Shown: piece by piece, positions 1 to 13,500 of the stretch
Layout of the letters: the number at the start of each line of letters is the position of its first letter
Position numbering within the stretch: position 1 is the first letter of the stretch
Source of the DNA: Squalus acanthias
Taxonomy: Eukaryota
DNA: 20,000 nucleotides
Direction of reading: 5' to 3'
Assembly (NCBI GenBank): GCA_030390025.1
Contig: JASTWF010000348.1
Location: 485,842-505,841, forward strand
Made by a program: the position numbers and the translations under genes
The notes under the pieces: model-generated
Seen by the model: only the letters and a program-made list of their open reading frames with translations
Told to the model about the DNA's origin: nothing
Databases searched by the model: none

Positions 1-106
1 TGTGACAGAGACTGTCGGTCCCGCATTGGACTCATCAGTCACCTGAGAACTCATTGTTAGTGTGGAAGCAAGTCATCTCGGTTCCGAGGGACTGCCTAAG
101 AAGAAG
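1..106 (+). mobile_element. 3' end of an RTE-clade LINE (C-terminal zinc finger, short 3'UTR, (AAG)n tail)
   Basis: 1-60 translates to CDRDCRSRIGLISHLRTHC*, the second half of a C2H2 finger typical of RTE ORF C-termini. A ~36-nt UTR and TAAGAAGAAG tail (97-106) follow. Truncated by the window edge. Confidence 0.75.
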
Positions 107-540
107 GGTAGCACTCTCGCCTCTGAGTCAGAAGGCTGTGGGTGTTAAACTCCCACTACATGCGCACAATAATCGAGGCTGACACTTCAGCGCGGTGCTG
201 AGGGAGCGCGGCACTGTCGGAGGTGCCGTCTTTCGGATGAGACGTTAAACCGAGGGCCCCGTCTGCTCTCCCAGCTGGACGTAAAAGATCCCACGGCCAC
301 TATTTCGAAGAAGAGCAGGGGGGGGGAATTCTCCCCTGTGCCCTGGGTCCAATATTTATCCCTCAATACAACAGATGATCTGGTCATTATCACATTTGTT
401 GTTTGTCGGATCTTGCTGTGCTCCATTTGACAAATTCCTGCATTACAACAGCAACTGCACTTCAAAAAAGTACCTCGTTGGCTGTAAATGGCGTTGGGGC
501 TGTCCTGAGGTGGTGAAAGGCGCTATACAAACGCAAGTTG
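107..540 (+). mobile_element. tRNA-derived DeuSINE (SacSINE1-like), missing the start of its head
   Basis: tRNA-like head GGTAGCACTCTCGCCTCTGAGTCAGAAGG with a degenerate B box (~141-155). Deu-domain-like core GGTGCCGTCTTTCGGATGAGACGTTAAACCGAGG (~222-255). 3' tail AAAGGCGCTATACAAACGCAAGT. The tail aligns with a second copy at 16204-16309. Confidence 0.8.
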
Positions 541-585
541 ACGTTGTTGATGATACAGAGAACTGGGGGGGATGGGTGAGCCCAC

Positions 586-723
586 CTTGACCAAAGAGCT
601 CGGCGAATAAATCATTTAGGATGGAGAGACACAGGGAGCTAATTGCCTCACGACAGAATCGCGGGCAGGGGGGGGAGAGAGGTCGTGCTGCAGAGAGGGA
701 GCAGGGATCTAACAAGCCATTAC
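586..723 (-). CDS. Candidate internal coding exon of an unidentified host gene (phase 1-1)
   Basis: On the minus strand: acceptor CTCACTCCAG|G at 724/723 (alternative CTCCCTCTCTGCAG|C at 688/687) and donor CAAG|GTGGGC at 586/585. Length is 138 or 102 nt, open in phase 1: GNGLLDPCSLSAARPLSPPCPRFCREAISSLCLSILNDLFAELFGQG. No homolog recognised. Confidence 0.3.
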
Positions 724-961
724 CTGGAGTGAGCAGCGATCACGAACACAATGAATCAGAAATAATTGAACGGTTTTTACATTAAGCTCAGAACAGCGAC
801 AGAGAACAGAGAACAGAGGCCGGTAAAAGGACAGGGAGGTCAGAGGTCAGCCGCACCTCCCCTGCCCTCCACCCCGACCCCGCGTCACAAGGGTCACTTC
901 CATGTCCAGCTGTCCGGTTCACAAGGAGTGTAACAGGAACCTGGTACAGGAGAAACGCCCT

Positions 962-1114
962 CCCCCAGGACAGTGACCGACACCAATCCCGGGACATTGA
1001 CTGTCCGACACCCTCCCCAGGACACTGACACGTTGCAGGACACGAACTGACCAATTCCTGCGCACTGACCAATCCCATGACACTAACTGACCAATCCCAG
1101 GACACTAACTGACC
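962..1114. repeat. Degenerate left-edge units of the 22-bp minisatellite
   Basis: CCCAGGACAGTGACCGACACCAATCCCGGGACATTGAC... converges on the canonical unit by ~1080-1114. Confidence 0.85.
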
Positions 1115-1554
1115 ATAGAATCATTTCGGCCCACCGTGTCCGCGCCGGCCAACAAAGAGCTATCCAGCCTAATCCCACTTCCCAGCTCTTGGTCCGTAGC
1201 CCTGCAGGTTACAGCATCCCAAGTGCACATCCAAGTGCTTTTTAAATATATACCACAATAAGCAAGGGACCTAGGACTGAGCCCTGCGAAACCCCACTGG
1301 AAACAGCCTTCTAGTCACAAAAACACCCTTCGACCATTACCCTCTGCTTCCTGTCTCCGAGCCAGTTTTGAATCCAACTTGACACTTTGCCCTGGATCCC
1401 ATGGGCTTTTAACTTCATGACCAGTCTGCCATGTGGAACCTTATCAAAAGCCTTGCTAAAGTCCATATAAACTACATCAAACGCACTACCCTCATCTACC
1501 CTCCTTGTTACCTCCTCAAAAAATTCAATCAAGTTTGTCAGACACGACCTTCCC
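1115..1554 (-). mobile_element. 5'-truncated, internally deleted CR1 LINE fragment
   Basis: The minus strand encodes RT residues GRSCLTNLIEFFEEVT...VYMDFSKAFDKVPH...CD*KAVSSGVSQGSVLGPLLIVVYI. These are joined directly (~1244-1249) to the ORF2 C-terminus FKKHLDVHLGCCNLQGYGPRAGKWD* (stop 1169-1171). A 3'UTR and the CR1 tail remnant TGATTCTAT (1115-1123) follow. Confidence 0.9.
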
Positions 1555-4500
1555 AGGACACTAACTGACCAATCCCAGGACACTAACTGACCAATCCCAG
1601 GACACTAACTGACCAGTCCCAGGATGGTAACTGACCAATCCCAGGATACTAACTGACCAATCCCAGGACACTAACTGACCAATCCCAGGACACTAACTGA
1701 CCAATCCCAGGACACTAACTGACCAATCCCAGGACACTAACTGACCAATCCCAGGACACTAACTGACCAATCCCCAGAGCACTAACTGACCAATCCCCAG
1801 AGCACTAACTGACCAATCCCAGGACACTAACTGACCAATCCCAGAACACTAACTGACCAATCCCCAGAGCACTGACCAATCCCAGGACACTAACTGACCA
1901 ATCCCAGGGCACTAACTGACCAATCCCAGGACACTAACTGACCAATCCCAGGACACTAACTGACCAATCCCAGGACACTAACTGACCAATCCCAGGACAC
2001 TAACTGACCAATCCCAGGACACTAACTGACCAATCCCAGGACACTAACTGACCAATCCCAGGACACTAACTGACCAGCCCCAGGACACTAACTGACCAAT
2101 CCCAGGACACTAACTGACCAATCCCCAGGACACTAACTGACCAGCCCCAGGACACTAACTGACCAATCCCAGGACACTAACTGACCAATCCCAGGACACT
2201 AACTGACCAATCCCCGGGACACTAACTGACCAATCCCCGGGACACTAACTGACCAATCCCAGGACACTAACTGACCAATCCCAGGACACTAACTGACCAA
2301 TCCCAGGACACTAACTGACCAATCCCAGGACACTAACTGACCAATCCCAGGACATTAACTGACCAATCCCAGGACACTAACTGACCAATCCCAGGACACT
2401 AACTGACCAGTCCCAGGACACTAACTGACCAATCCCAGGACACTAACTGACCAATCCCCAGGACACTAACTGACCAATCCCAGGACACTAACTAACCAAT
2501 CCCCAGGACACTAACTGACCAATCCCAGGACGCTAACTGACCAATCCCCAGGACACTAACTGACCAATCCCAGGACACTAACTGACCAATCCCAGGACAC
2601 TAACTGACCAGTCCCAGAACACTAACTGACCAATCCCAGGACACTAACTGACCAATCCGAGGACACTAACTGACCAATCCAAGGACACTAACTGACCAAT
2701 CCCAGGACACTAACTGACCAATCCCAGAACACTAACTGACCAATCCCAGGACACTAACTGACCAATCCCAGGACACTAACTGACCAATCCCAGGACACTA
2801 ACTGACCAATCCCCAGAGCACTGACCAATCCCAGGACACTAACTGACCAATCCCAGGACACTAACTGACCAATCCCAGGACACTAACTGACCAATACCTG
2901 GGGCACTGACCAACCCCAGGACACTAACTGACCAACCCCAGGACACTAACTGACCAATCCCAGGACACTAACTGACCAATCCCCAGGACACTAACTGACC
3001 AATCCCAGGACACTAACTGACCAACCCCAGGACACGAACTGACCAATCCCAGGACACTAACTGACCAATCCCAGGACACTAACTGACCAATCCCCAGGAC
3101 ACTAACTGACCAATCCCAGGACACTAACTGACCAATCCCAGGACACTAACTGACCAATCCCAGGACACTAACTGACCAATCCCAGGACACTAACTGACCA
3201 ATCCCCAGGGCGCTAACTGACCAAACCCAGGACACTAACTGACCAATCCCAGGACACTAACTGACCAATCCCAGGACACTAACTGACCAATCCCAGGACA
3301 CTAACTGACCAACCCCAGGACACTAACTGACCAATCCCAGGACACTAACTGACCAATCCCCAGGACACTAACTGACCAATCCCAGGACACTAACTGACCA
3401 ATCCCAGGACACTAACTGACCAATCCCCGGGGCACTGACCAGTCCCAGGACACTAACTGACCAATCCTGGGACACTAACTGACCAATCCCAGGACACTAA
3501 CTGACCAATCCCAGGACACTAACTGACCAACCCCAGGACACTAACTGACCAGTCCCAGGACACTAACAGACCAATCCTGGGACACTAACTGACCAATCCC
3601 AGGACACTAACTGACCAATCCCAGGACACTAACTGGCCAACCCCAGGACACTAACTGACCAATCCCAGGACACTAACTGGCCAACCCCAGGACACTAACT
3701 GACCAACCCCAGGACACTAACTGACCAATCCCAGAACACTAACTGACCAATCCCAGGACACTAACTGGCCAACCCCAGGACACTAACTGACCAACCCCAG
3801 GACACTAACTGACCAATCCCAGTACACTAACTGACCAATCCCAGAACACTAACTGACCAATCCCAGAACACTAACTGACCAATCCCAGAACACTAACTGA
3901 CCAACCCCAGGACACTAACTGACCAATCCCAGAACACTAACTGACCAATCCCAGAACACTAACTGACCAATCCCAGGACACTAACTGGCCAACCCCAGGA
4001 CACTAACTGACCAACCCCAGGACACTAACTGACCAATCCCAGAACACTAACTGACCAATCCCAGGACACTAACTGGCCAACCCCAGGACACTAACTGACC
4101 AACCCAGGACACTAACTGACCAATCCCAGGACACTAACTGACCAATCCCAGGACACTAACTGACCAATCCCAGGACACTAACTGACCAATCCCAGGACAC
4201 TAACTGACCAATCCCTGGGGCACTGACCAATCCCATAACGGTAACTGACCAATCCTCAGAGCACTGACCAATCCCAGGACACTAACTGACCAATCATAGG
4301 ACAATAACTGACCAGTCCCAGGACACTAACTGACCAATCCCCAGAGCACTGACCAATCCCAGGACACTAACTGACCAATCCCAGGACACTAACTGACCAA
4401 TCCCCAGAGCACTGACCAATCCCAGGACACTAACTGACCAATCATAGGACAATAACTGACCAGTCCCAGGACACTAACCGACCAATCCCAGGACACTAAC

Positions 4501-7500
4501 TGACCAATCCCAGGACACTAACTGACCAACCCCAGGACACTAACTGACCAATCCCAGGACACTAACTGACCAATCCCAGGACACTAACTGACCAATCCCA
4601 GGACACTAACTGACCAATCCAAGGACACTAACTGACCGACCCCAGGACACTAACTGACCAATCCCAGGACAGTAACTGACCAGTCCCCAGGACACTAACT
4701 GACCAATCCCAGGACACTAACTGACCAATCCCAGGACACTAACTGACCAATCCCAGGACACTAACTGACCAATCCCAGGACATTAACTGACCAATCCCAG
4801 GACACTAACTGACCAATCCCAGGACACTAACTGACCAGTCCCAAGACACTAACTGACCAATCCCAGGACACTAACTGACCAATCCCCAGGACACTAACTG
4901 ACCAATCCCAGGACACTAACTAACCAATCCCCAGGACACTAACTGACCAATCCCAGGACACTAACTGACCAATCCCCAGGACACTAACTGACCAATCCCA
5001 GGACACTAACTGACCAATCCCAGGACACTAACTGACCAGTCCCAGAACACTAACTGACCAATCCCAGGACACTAACTGACCAATCCCAGGACACTAACTG
5101 ACCAATCCCAGGACACTAACTGACCAATCCCAGAACACTAACTGACCAATCCCAGGACACTAACTGACCAATCCCAGGACAGTAACTGACCAATCCCAGG
5201 ACACTAACTGACCAATCCCCAGAGCACTGACCAATCCCAGGACACTAACTGACCAATCCCAGGACACTAACTGACCAATCCCAGGACACTAACTGACCAA
5301 TCCCCAGAGCACTGACCAATCCCAGGACACTAACTGACCAATCCCAGGACACTAACTGACCAATCCCCAGAGCACTGACAAATCCCAGGACACTAACTGA
5401 CCAATCCCAGGACACTAACTGACCAATCCCCAGAGCACTGACCAATCCCAGGACACTAACTGACCAATCCCAGGACACTAACTGACCAATCCCAGGACAC
5501 TAACTGACCAATCCCTGGGGCACTGACCAACCCCAGGACACTAACTGACCAACCCCAGGACACTAACTGACCAATCCCAGGACACTAACTGACCAATCCC
5601 CAGGACACTAACTGACCAATCCCAGGACACTAACTGACCAATCCCTGGGGCACTGACCAATCCCATAACGGTAACTGACCAATCCTCAGAGCACTGACCA
5701 ATCCCAGGACACTAACTGACCAATCATAGGACAATAACTGACCAGTCCCAGGACACTAACTGACCAATCCCCAGAGCACTGACCAATCCCAGGACACTAA
5801 CTGACCAGTCCCAGAACACTAACTGACCAATCCCAGGACACTAACTGACCAATCCCAGGACACTAACTGACCAATCCCAGGACACTAACTGACCAATCCC
5901 AGAACACTAACTGACCAATCCCAGGACACTAACTGACCAATCCCAGGACAGTAACTGACCAATCCCAGGACACTAACTGACCAATCCCCAGAGCACTGAC
6001 CAATCCCAGGACACTAACTGACCAATCCCAGGACACTAACTGACCAATCCCAGAGCACTGACCAATCCCAGGACACTAACTGACCAATCCCAGGACACTA
6101 ACTGACCAATCCCCAGAGCACTGACCAATCCCAGGACACTAACTGACCAATCCCAGGACACTAACTGACCAATCCCCAGAGCACTGACCAATCCCAGGAC
6201 ACTAACTGACCAATCCCAGGACACTAACTGACCAATCCCAGGACACTAACTGACCAATCCCTGGGGCACTGACCAACCCAGGACACTAACTGACCAACCC
6301 CAGGACACTAACTGACCAATCCCAGGACACTAACTGACCAATCCCCAGGACACTAACTGACCAATCCCAGGACACTAACTGACCAATCCCTGGGGCACTG
6401 ACCAATCCCATAACGGTAACTGACCAATCCTCAGAGCACTGACCAATCCCAGGACACTAACTGACCAATCATAGGACAATAACTGACCAGTCCCAGGACA
6501 CTAAATGACCAATCCCCAGAGCACTGACCAATCCCAGGACACTAACTGACCAATCCCAGGACACTAACTGACCAATCCCCAGAGCACTGACCAATCCCAG
6601 GACACTAACTGACCAATCATAGGACAATAACTGACCAGTCCCAGGACACTAACCGACCAATCCCAGGACACTAACTGACCAATCCCAGGACACTAACTGA
6701 CCAACCCCAGGACACTAACTGACCAATCCCAGGACACTAACTGACCAATCCCAGGACACTAACTGACCAATCCCAGGACACTAACTGACCGACCCCAGGA
6801 CACTAACTGACCAATCCCAGGACAGTAACTGACCAGTCCCCAGGACACTAACTGACCAATCCCAGGACACTAACTGACCAATCCCAGGACACTAACTGAC
6901 CAATCCCAGGACACTTAACTGACCAATCCCAGGACACTAACTGACCAATCCCAGGACACTAACTGACCAGTCCCAGACACTAACTGACCAATCCCAGGAC
7001 ACTAACTGACCAATCCCAGGACACTAACTGACCAGTCCCAGAACACTAACTGACCAATCCCAGGACACTAACTGACCAATCCCAGGACACTAACTGACCA
7101 ATCCCAGGACACTAACTGACCAATCCCAGAACACTAACTGACCAATCCCAGGACACTAACTGACCAATCCCAGGACAGTAACTGACCAATCCCAGGACAC
7201 TAACTGACCAATCCCAGAGCACTGACCAATCCCAGGACACTAACTGACCAATCCCAGGACACTAACTGACCAATCCCAGGACACTAACTGACCAATGGCC
7301 AGAGCACTGACCAATCCCAGGACACTAACTGACCAATCCCAGGACACTAACTGACCAATCCCCAGAGCACTGACCAATCCCAGGACACTAACTGACCAAT
7401 CCCAGGACACAAACTGACCAATCCCCAGAGCACTGACCAATCCCAGGACACTAACTGACCAATCCCAGGACACTAACTGACCAATCCCATAACGGTAACT

Positions 7501-10500
7501 GACCAATCCTCAGAGCACTGACCAATCCCAGGACACTAACTGACCAATCATAGGACAATAACTGACCAGTCCCAGGACACTAAATGACCAATCCCCAGAG
7601 CACTGACCAATCCCAGGACACTAACTGACCAATCCCAGGACACTAACTGACCAATCCCCAGAGCACTGACCAATCCCAGGACACTAACTGACCAATCATA
7701 GGACAATAACTGACCAGTCCCAGGACACTAACCGACCAATCCCAGGACACTAACTGACCAATCCCAGGACACTAACTGACCAACCCCAGGACACTAACTG
7801 ACCAATCCCAGGACACTAACTGACCAATCCCAGGACACTAACTGACCAATCCCAGGACACTAACTGACCAATCCCAGGACAGTAACTGACCAGTCCCCAG
7901 GACACTAACTGACCAATCCCAGGACACTAACTGACCAATCCCAGGACACTAACTGACCAATCCCAGGACATTAACTGACCAATCCCAGGACACTAACTGA
8001 CCAATCCCAGGACACTAACTGACCAGTCCCAAGACACTAACTGACCAATCCCAGGACACTAACTGACCAATCCCAGGACACTAACTGACCAGTCCCAGAA
8101 CACTAACTGACCAATCCCAGGACACTAACTGACCAATCCCAGGACACTAACTGACCAATCCCAGGACACTAACTGACCAATCCCAGAACACTAACTGACC
8201 AATCCCAGGACACTAACTGACCAATCCCAGGACAGTAACTGACCAATCCCAGGACACTAACTGACCAATCCCCAGAGCACTGACCAATCCCAGGACACTA
8301 ACTGACCAATCCCAGGACACTAACTGACCAATCCCAGGACACTAACTGACCAATCCCCAGAGCACTGACCAATCCCAGGACACTAACTGACCAATCCCAG
8401 GACACTAACTGACCAATCCCAGGACACTAACTGACCAATCCCCAGAGCACTGACCAATCCCAGGACACTAACTGACCAATCCCAGGACACTAACTGACCA
8501 ATCCCAGGACACTAACTGACCAATCCCTGGGGCACTGACCAACCCCAGGACACTAACTGACCAACCCCAGGACACTAACTGACAATCCCAGGACACTAAC
8601 TGACCAATCCCCAGGACACTAACTGACCAATCCCAGGACACTAACTGACCAATCCCCAGGACACGAACTGACCAATCCCAGGACACTAACTGACCAACCC
8701 CAGGACACTAACTGACCAATCCCAGGACACTAACTGACCAATCCCAGGACATTAACTGACCAATCCCAGGACACTAACTGACCAATCCCAGGACACTAAC
8801 TGACCAGTCCCAAGACACTAACTGACCAATCCCAGGACACTAACTGACCTAACCCCAGGACACTAACTGACCAATCCCAGGACACTAACTAACCAATCCC
8901 CAGGACACTAACTGACCAATCCCAGGACACTAACTGACCAATCCCCAGGACACTAACTGACCAATCCCAGGACACTAACTGACCAATCCCAGGACACTAA
9001 CTGACCAGTCCCAGAACACTAACTGACCAATCCCAGGACACTAACTGACCAATCCCAGGACACTAACTGACCAATCCCAGGACACTAACTGACCAATCCC
9101 AGAACACTAACTGACCAATCCCAGGACACTAACTGACCAATCCCAGGACAGTAACTGACCAATCCCAGGACACTAACTGACCAATCCCCAGAGCACTGAC
9201 CAATCCCAGGACACTAACTGACCAATCCCAGGACACTAACTGACCAATCCCAGGACACTAACTGACCAATCCCCAGAGCACTGACCAATCCCAGGACACT
9301 AACTGACCAATCCCAGGACACTAACTGACCAATCCCAGGACACTAACTGACCAATCCCAGAGCACTGACCAATCCCAGGACACTAACTGACCAATCCCAG
9401 GACACTAACTGACCAATCCAGGACACTAACTGACCAATCCCTGGGGCACTGACCAACCCCAGGACACTAACTGACCAACCCCAGGACACTAACTGACAAT
9501 CCCAGGACACTAACTGACCAATCCCCAGGACACTAACTGACCAATCCCAGGACACTAACTGACCAATCCCCAGGACACGAACTGACCAATCCCAGGACAC
9601 TAACTGACCAACCCCAGGACACTAACTGACCAATCCCAGGACACTAACTGACCAATCCCAGGACATTAACTGACCAATCCCAGGACACTAACTGACCAAT
9701 CCCAGGACACTAACTGACCAGTCCCAAGACACTAACTGACCAATCCCAGGACACTAACTGACCAATCCCCAGGACACTAACTGACCAATCCCAGGACACT
9801 AACTAACCAATCCCCAGGACACTAACTGACCAATCCCAGGACACTAACTGACCAATCCCCAGGACACTAACTGACCAATCCCAGGACACTAACTGACCAA
9901 TCCCAGGACACTAACTGACCAGTCCCAGAACACTAACTGACCAATCCCAGGACACTAACTGACCAATCCCAGGACACTAACTGACCAATCCCAGGACACT
10001 AACTGACCAGTCCCAGAACACTAACTGACCAATCCCAGGACACTAACTGACCAATCCCAGGACACTAACTGACCAATCCCAGGACACTAACTGACCAATC
10101 CCAGAACACTAACTGACCAATCCCAGGACACTAACTGACCAATCCCAGGACAGTAACTGACCAATCCCAGGACACTAACTGACCAATCCCCAGAGCACTG
10201 ACCAATCCCAGGACACTAACTGACCAATCCCAGGACACTAACTGACCAATCCCAGGACACTAACTGACCAATCCCCAGAGCACTGACCAATCCCAGGACA
10301 CTAACTGACCAATCCCAGGACACTAACTGACCAATCCCAGGACACTAACTGACCAATCCCCAGAGCACTGACCAATCCCAGGACACTAACTGACCAATCC
10401 CAGGACACTAACTGACCAATCCCAGGACACTAACTGACCAATCCCTGGGGCACTGACCAACCCAGGACACTAACTGACCAACCCCAGGACACTAACTGAC

Positions 10501-13500
10501 CAATCCCAGGACACTAACTGACCAATCCCCAGGACACTAACTGACCAATCCCAGGACACTAACTGACCAATCCCCAGGACACGAACTGACCAATCCCAGG
10601 ACACTAACTGACCAACCCCAGGACACTAACTGACCAATCCCAGGACACTAACTGACCAATCCCAGGACATTAACTGACCAATCCCAGGACACTAACTGAC
10701 CAATCCCAGGACACTAACTGACCAGTCCCAAGACACTAACTGACCAATCCCAGGACACTAACTGACCAATCCCCAGGACACTAACTGACCAATCCCAGGA
10801 CACTAACTAACCAATCCCCAGGACACTAACTGACCAATCCCAGGACACTAACTGACCAATCCCCAGGACACTAACTGACCAATCCCAGGACACTAACTGA
10901 CCAATCCCAGGACACTAACTGACCAGTCCCAGAACACTAACTGACCAATCCCAGGACACTAACTGACCAATCCCAGGACACTAACTGACCAATCCCAGGA
11001 CACTAACTGACCAATCCCAGAACACTAACTGACCAATCCCAGGACACTAACTGACCAATCCCAGGACAGTAACTGACCAATCCCAGGACACTAACTGACC
11101 AATCCCCAGAGCACTGACCAATCCCAGGACACTAACTGACCAATCCCAGGACACTAACTGACCAATCCCAGGACACTAACTGACCAATCCCCAGAGCACT
11201 GACCAATCCCAGGACACTAACTGACCAATCCCAGGACACTAACTGACCAATCCCCAGAGCACTGACCAATCCCAGGACACTAACTGACCAATCCCAGGAC
11301 ACTAACTGACCAATCCCCAGAGCACTGACCAATCCCAGGACACTAACTGACCAATCCCAGGACACTAACTGACCAATCCCAGGACACTAACTGACCAATC
11401 CCTGGGGCACTGACCAACCCCAGGACACTAACTGACCAACCCAGGACACTAACTGACCAATCCCAGGACACTAACTGACCAATCCCCAGGACACTAACTG
11501 ACCAATCCCAGGACACTAACTGACCAATCCCCAGGACACGAACTGACCAATCCCAGGACTCTAACTGACCAATCCCAGTACACTAACTGACCAATCCCCA
11601 GGACACTAACTGACCAATCCCAGGACACTAACTGACCAATCCCAGGACACTAACTGACCAATCCCAGGACACTAACTGACCAATCCCCAGGGCACTAACT
11701 GACCAATCCCAGGACACTAACTGACCAATCCCAGGACACTAACTGACCAATCCCAGGACACTAACTGACCAATCCCAGGACACTAACTGACCAATCCCAG
11801 GACACTAACTGACCAATCCCAGGACACTAACTGACCAATCCCAGTACACTAACTGACCAATCCCAGGACACTAACTGACCAATCCCCGGGGCACTGACCA
11901 GTCCCAGGACACTAACTGACCAATCCCTGGACACTAACTGACCAATCCCAGGACACTAACTGACCAATCCCAGGACACTAACTGACCAACCCCAGGACAC
12001 TAACTGACCAACCCCAGGACACTAACTGACCAATCCCAGGACACTAACTGACCAATCCCAGGACACTAACTGACCAATCCCAGGACACTAACTGACCAAT
12101 CCCCAGGACACTAACTGACCAATCCCAGGACACTAACTGACCAATCCCAGGACACTAACTGACCAGTCCCAGAACACTAACTGACCAATCCCAGGACACT
12201 AACTGACCAATCCCAGGACACTAACTGACCAATCCCAGGACACTAACTGACCAATCCCAGAACACTAACTGACCAATCCCAGGACACTAACTGACCAATC
12301 CCAGGACAGTAACTGACCAATCCCAGGACACTAACTGACCAATCCCCAGAGCACTGACCAATCCCAGGACACTAACTGACCAATCCCAGGACACTAACTG
12401 ACCAATCCCAGGACACTAACTGACCAATCCCAGAGCACTGACCAATCCCAGGACACTAACTGACCAATCCCAGGACACTAACTGACCAATCCCCAGAGCA
12501 CTGACCAATCCCAGGACACTAACTGACCAATCCCAGGACACTAACTGACCAATCCCCAGAGCACTGACCAATCCCAGGACACTAACTGACCAATCCCAGG
12601 ACACTAACTGACCAATCCCAGGACACTAACTGACCAATCCCTGGGGCACTGACCAACCCCAGGACACTAACTGACCAACCCCAGGACACTAACTGACCAA
12701 TCCCAGGACACTAACTGACCAATCCCCAGGACACTAACTGACCAATCCCAGGACACTAACTGACCAATCCCCAGGACACGAACTGACCAATCCCAGGACA
12801 CTAACTGACCAATCCCAGTACACTAACTGACCAATCCCCAGGACACTAACTGACCAATCCCAGGACACTAACTGACCAATCCCAGGACACTAACTGACCA
12901 ATCCCAGGACACTAACTGACCAATCCCAGGGCACTAACTGACCAATCCCAGGACACTAACTGACCAATCCCAGGACACTAACTGACCAATCCCAGGACAC
13001 TAACTGACCAATCCCAGGACACTAACTGACCAATCCCCAGGACACTAACTGACCAATCCCAGTACACTAACTGACCAATCCCAGGACACTAACTGACCAA
13101 TCCCCGGGGCACTGACCAGTCCCAGGACACTAACTGACCAATCCTGGGACACTAACTGACCAATCCCAGGACACTAACTGACCAATCCCAGGACACTAAC
13201 TGACCAACCCCAGGACACTAACTGACCAACCCCAGGACACTAACTGACCAATCCCAGGACACTAACTGACCAATCCCAGGACACTAACTGACCAATCCCA
13301 GGACACTAACTGACCAATCCCAGGACACTAACTGACCAATCCCAGGACACTAACTGGCCAACCCCAGGACACTAACTGACCAATCCCAGGACACTAACTG
13401 ACCAATCCCAGGACACTAACTGACCAATCCCAGGACACTAACTGACCAATCCCAGGACACTAACTGGCCAACCCCAGGACACTAACTGACCAATCCCAGG

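Noticed and set aside
107..160. tRNA gene
   Set aside because: Incomplete, degenerate tRNA-like head that continues into a SINE body.
857..940. 84-nt minus-strand exon (TTTCTCCTGTACCAG|G ... GAG|GTGCGG)
   Set aside because: The splice signals are plausible, but it is open only in phase 0 and has a TGA in phase 1. That is incompatible with the flanking candidates unless it is a poison exon or the frame model is wrong.
2924..12604. ORF-track peptides of the SWDWSVSVLGLVS type
   Set aside because: They are translations of the 22-bp repeat, kept open only where 19- or 23-bp variants shift the frame past the stop.
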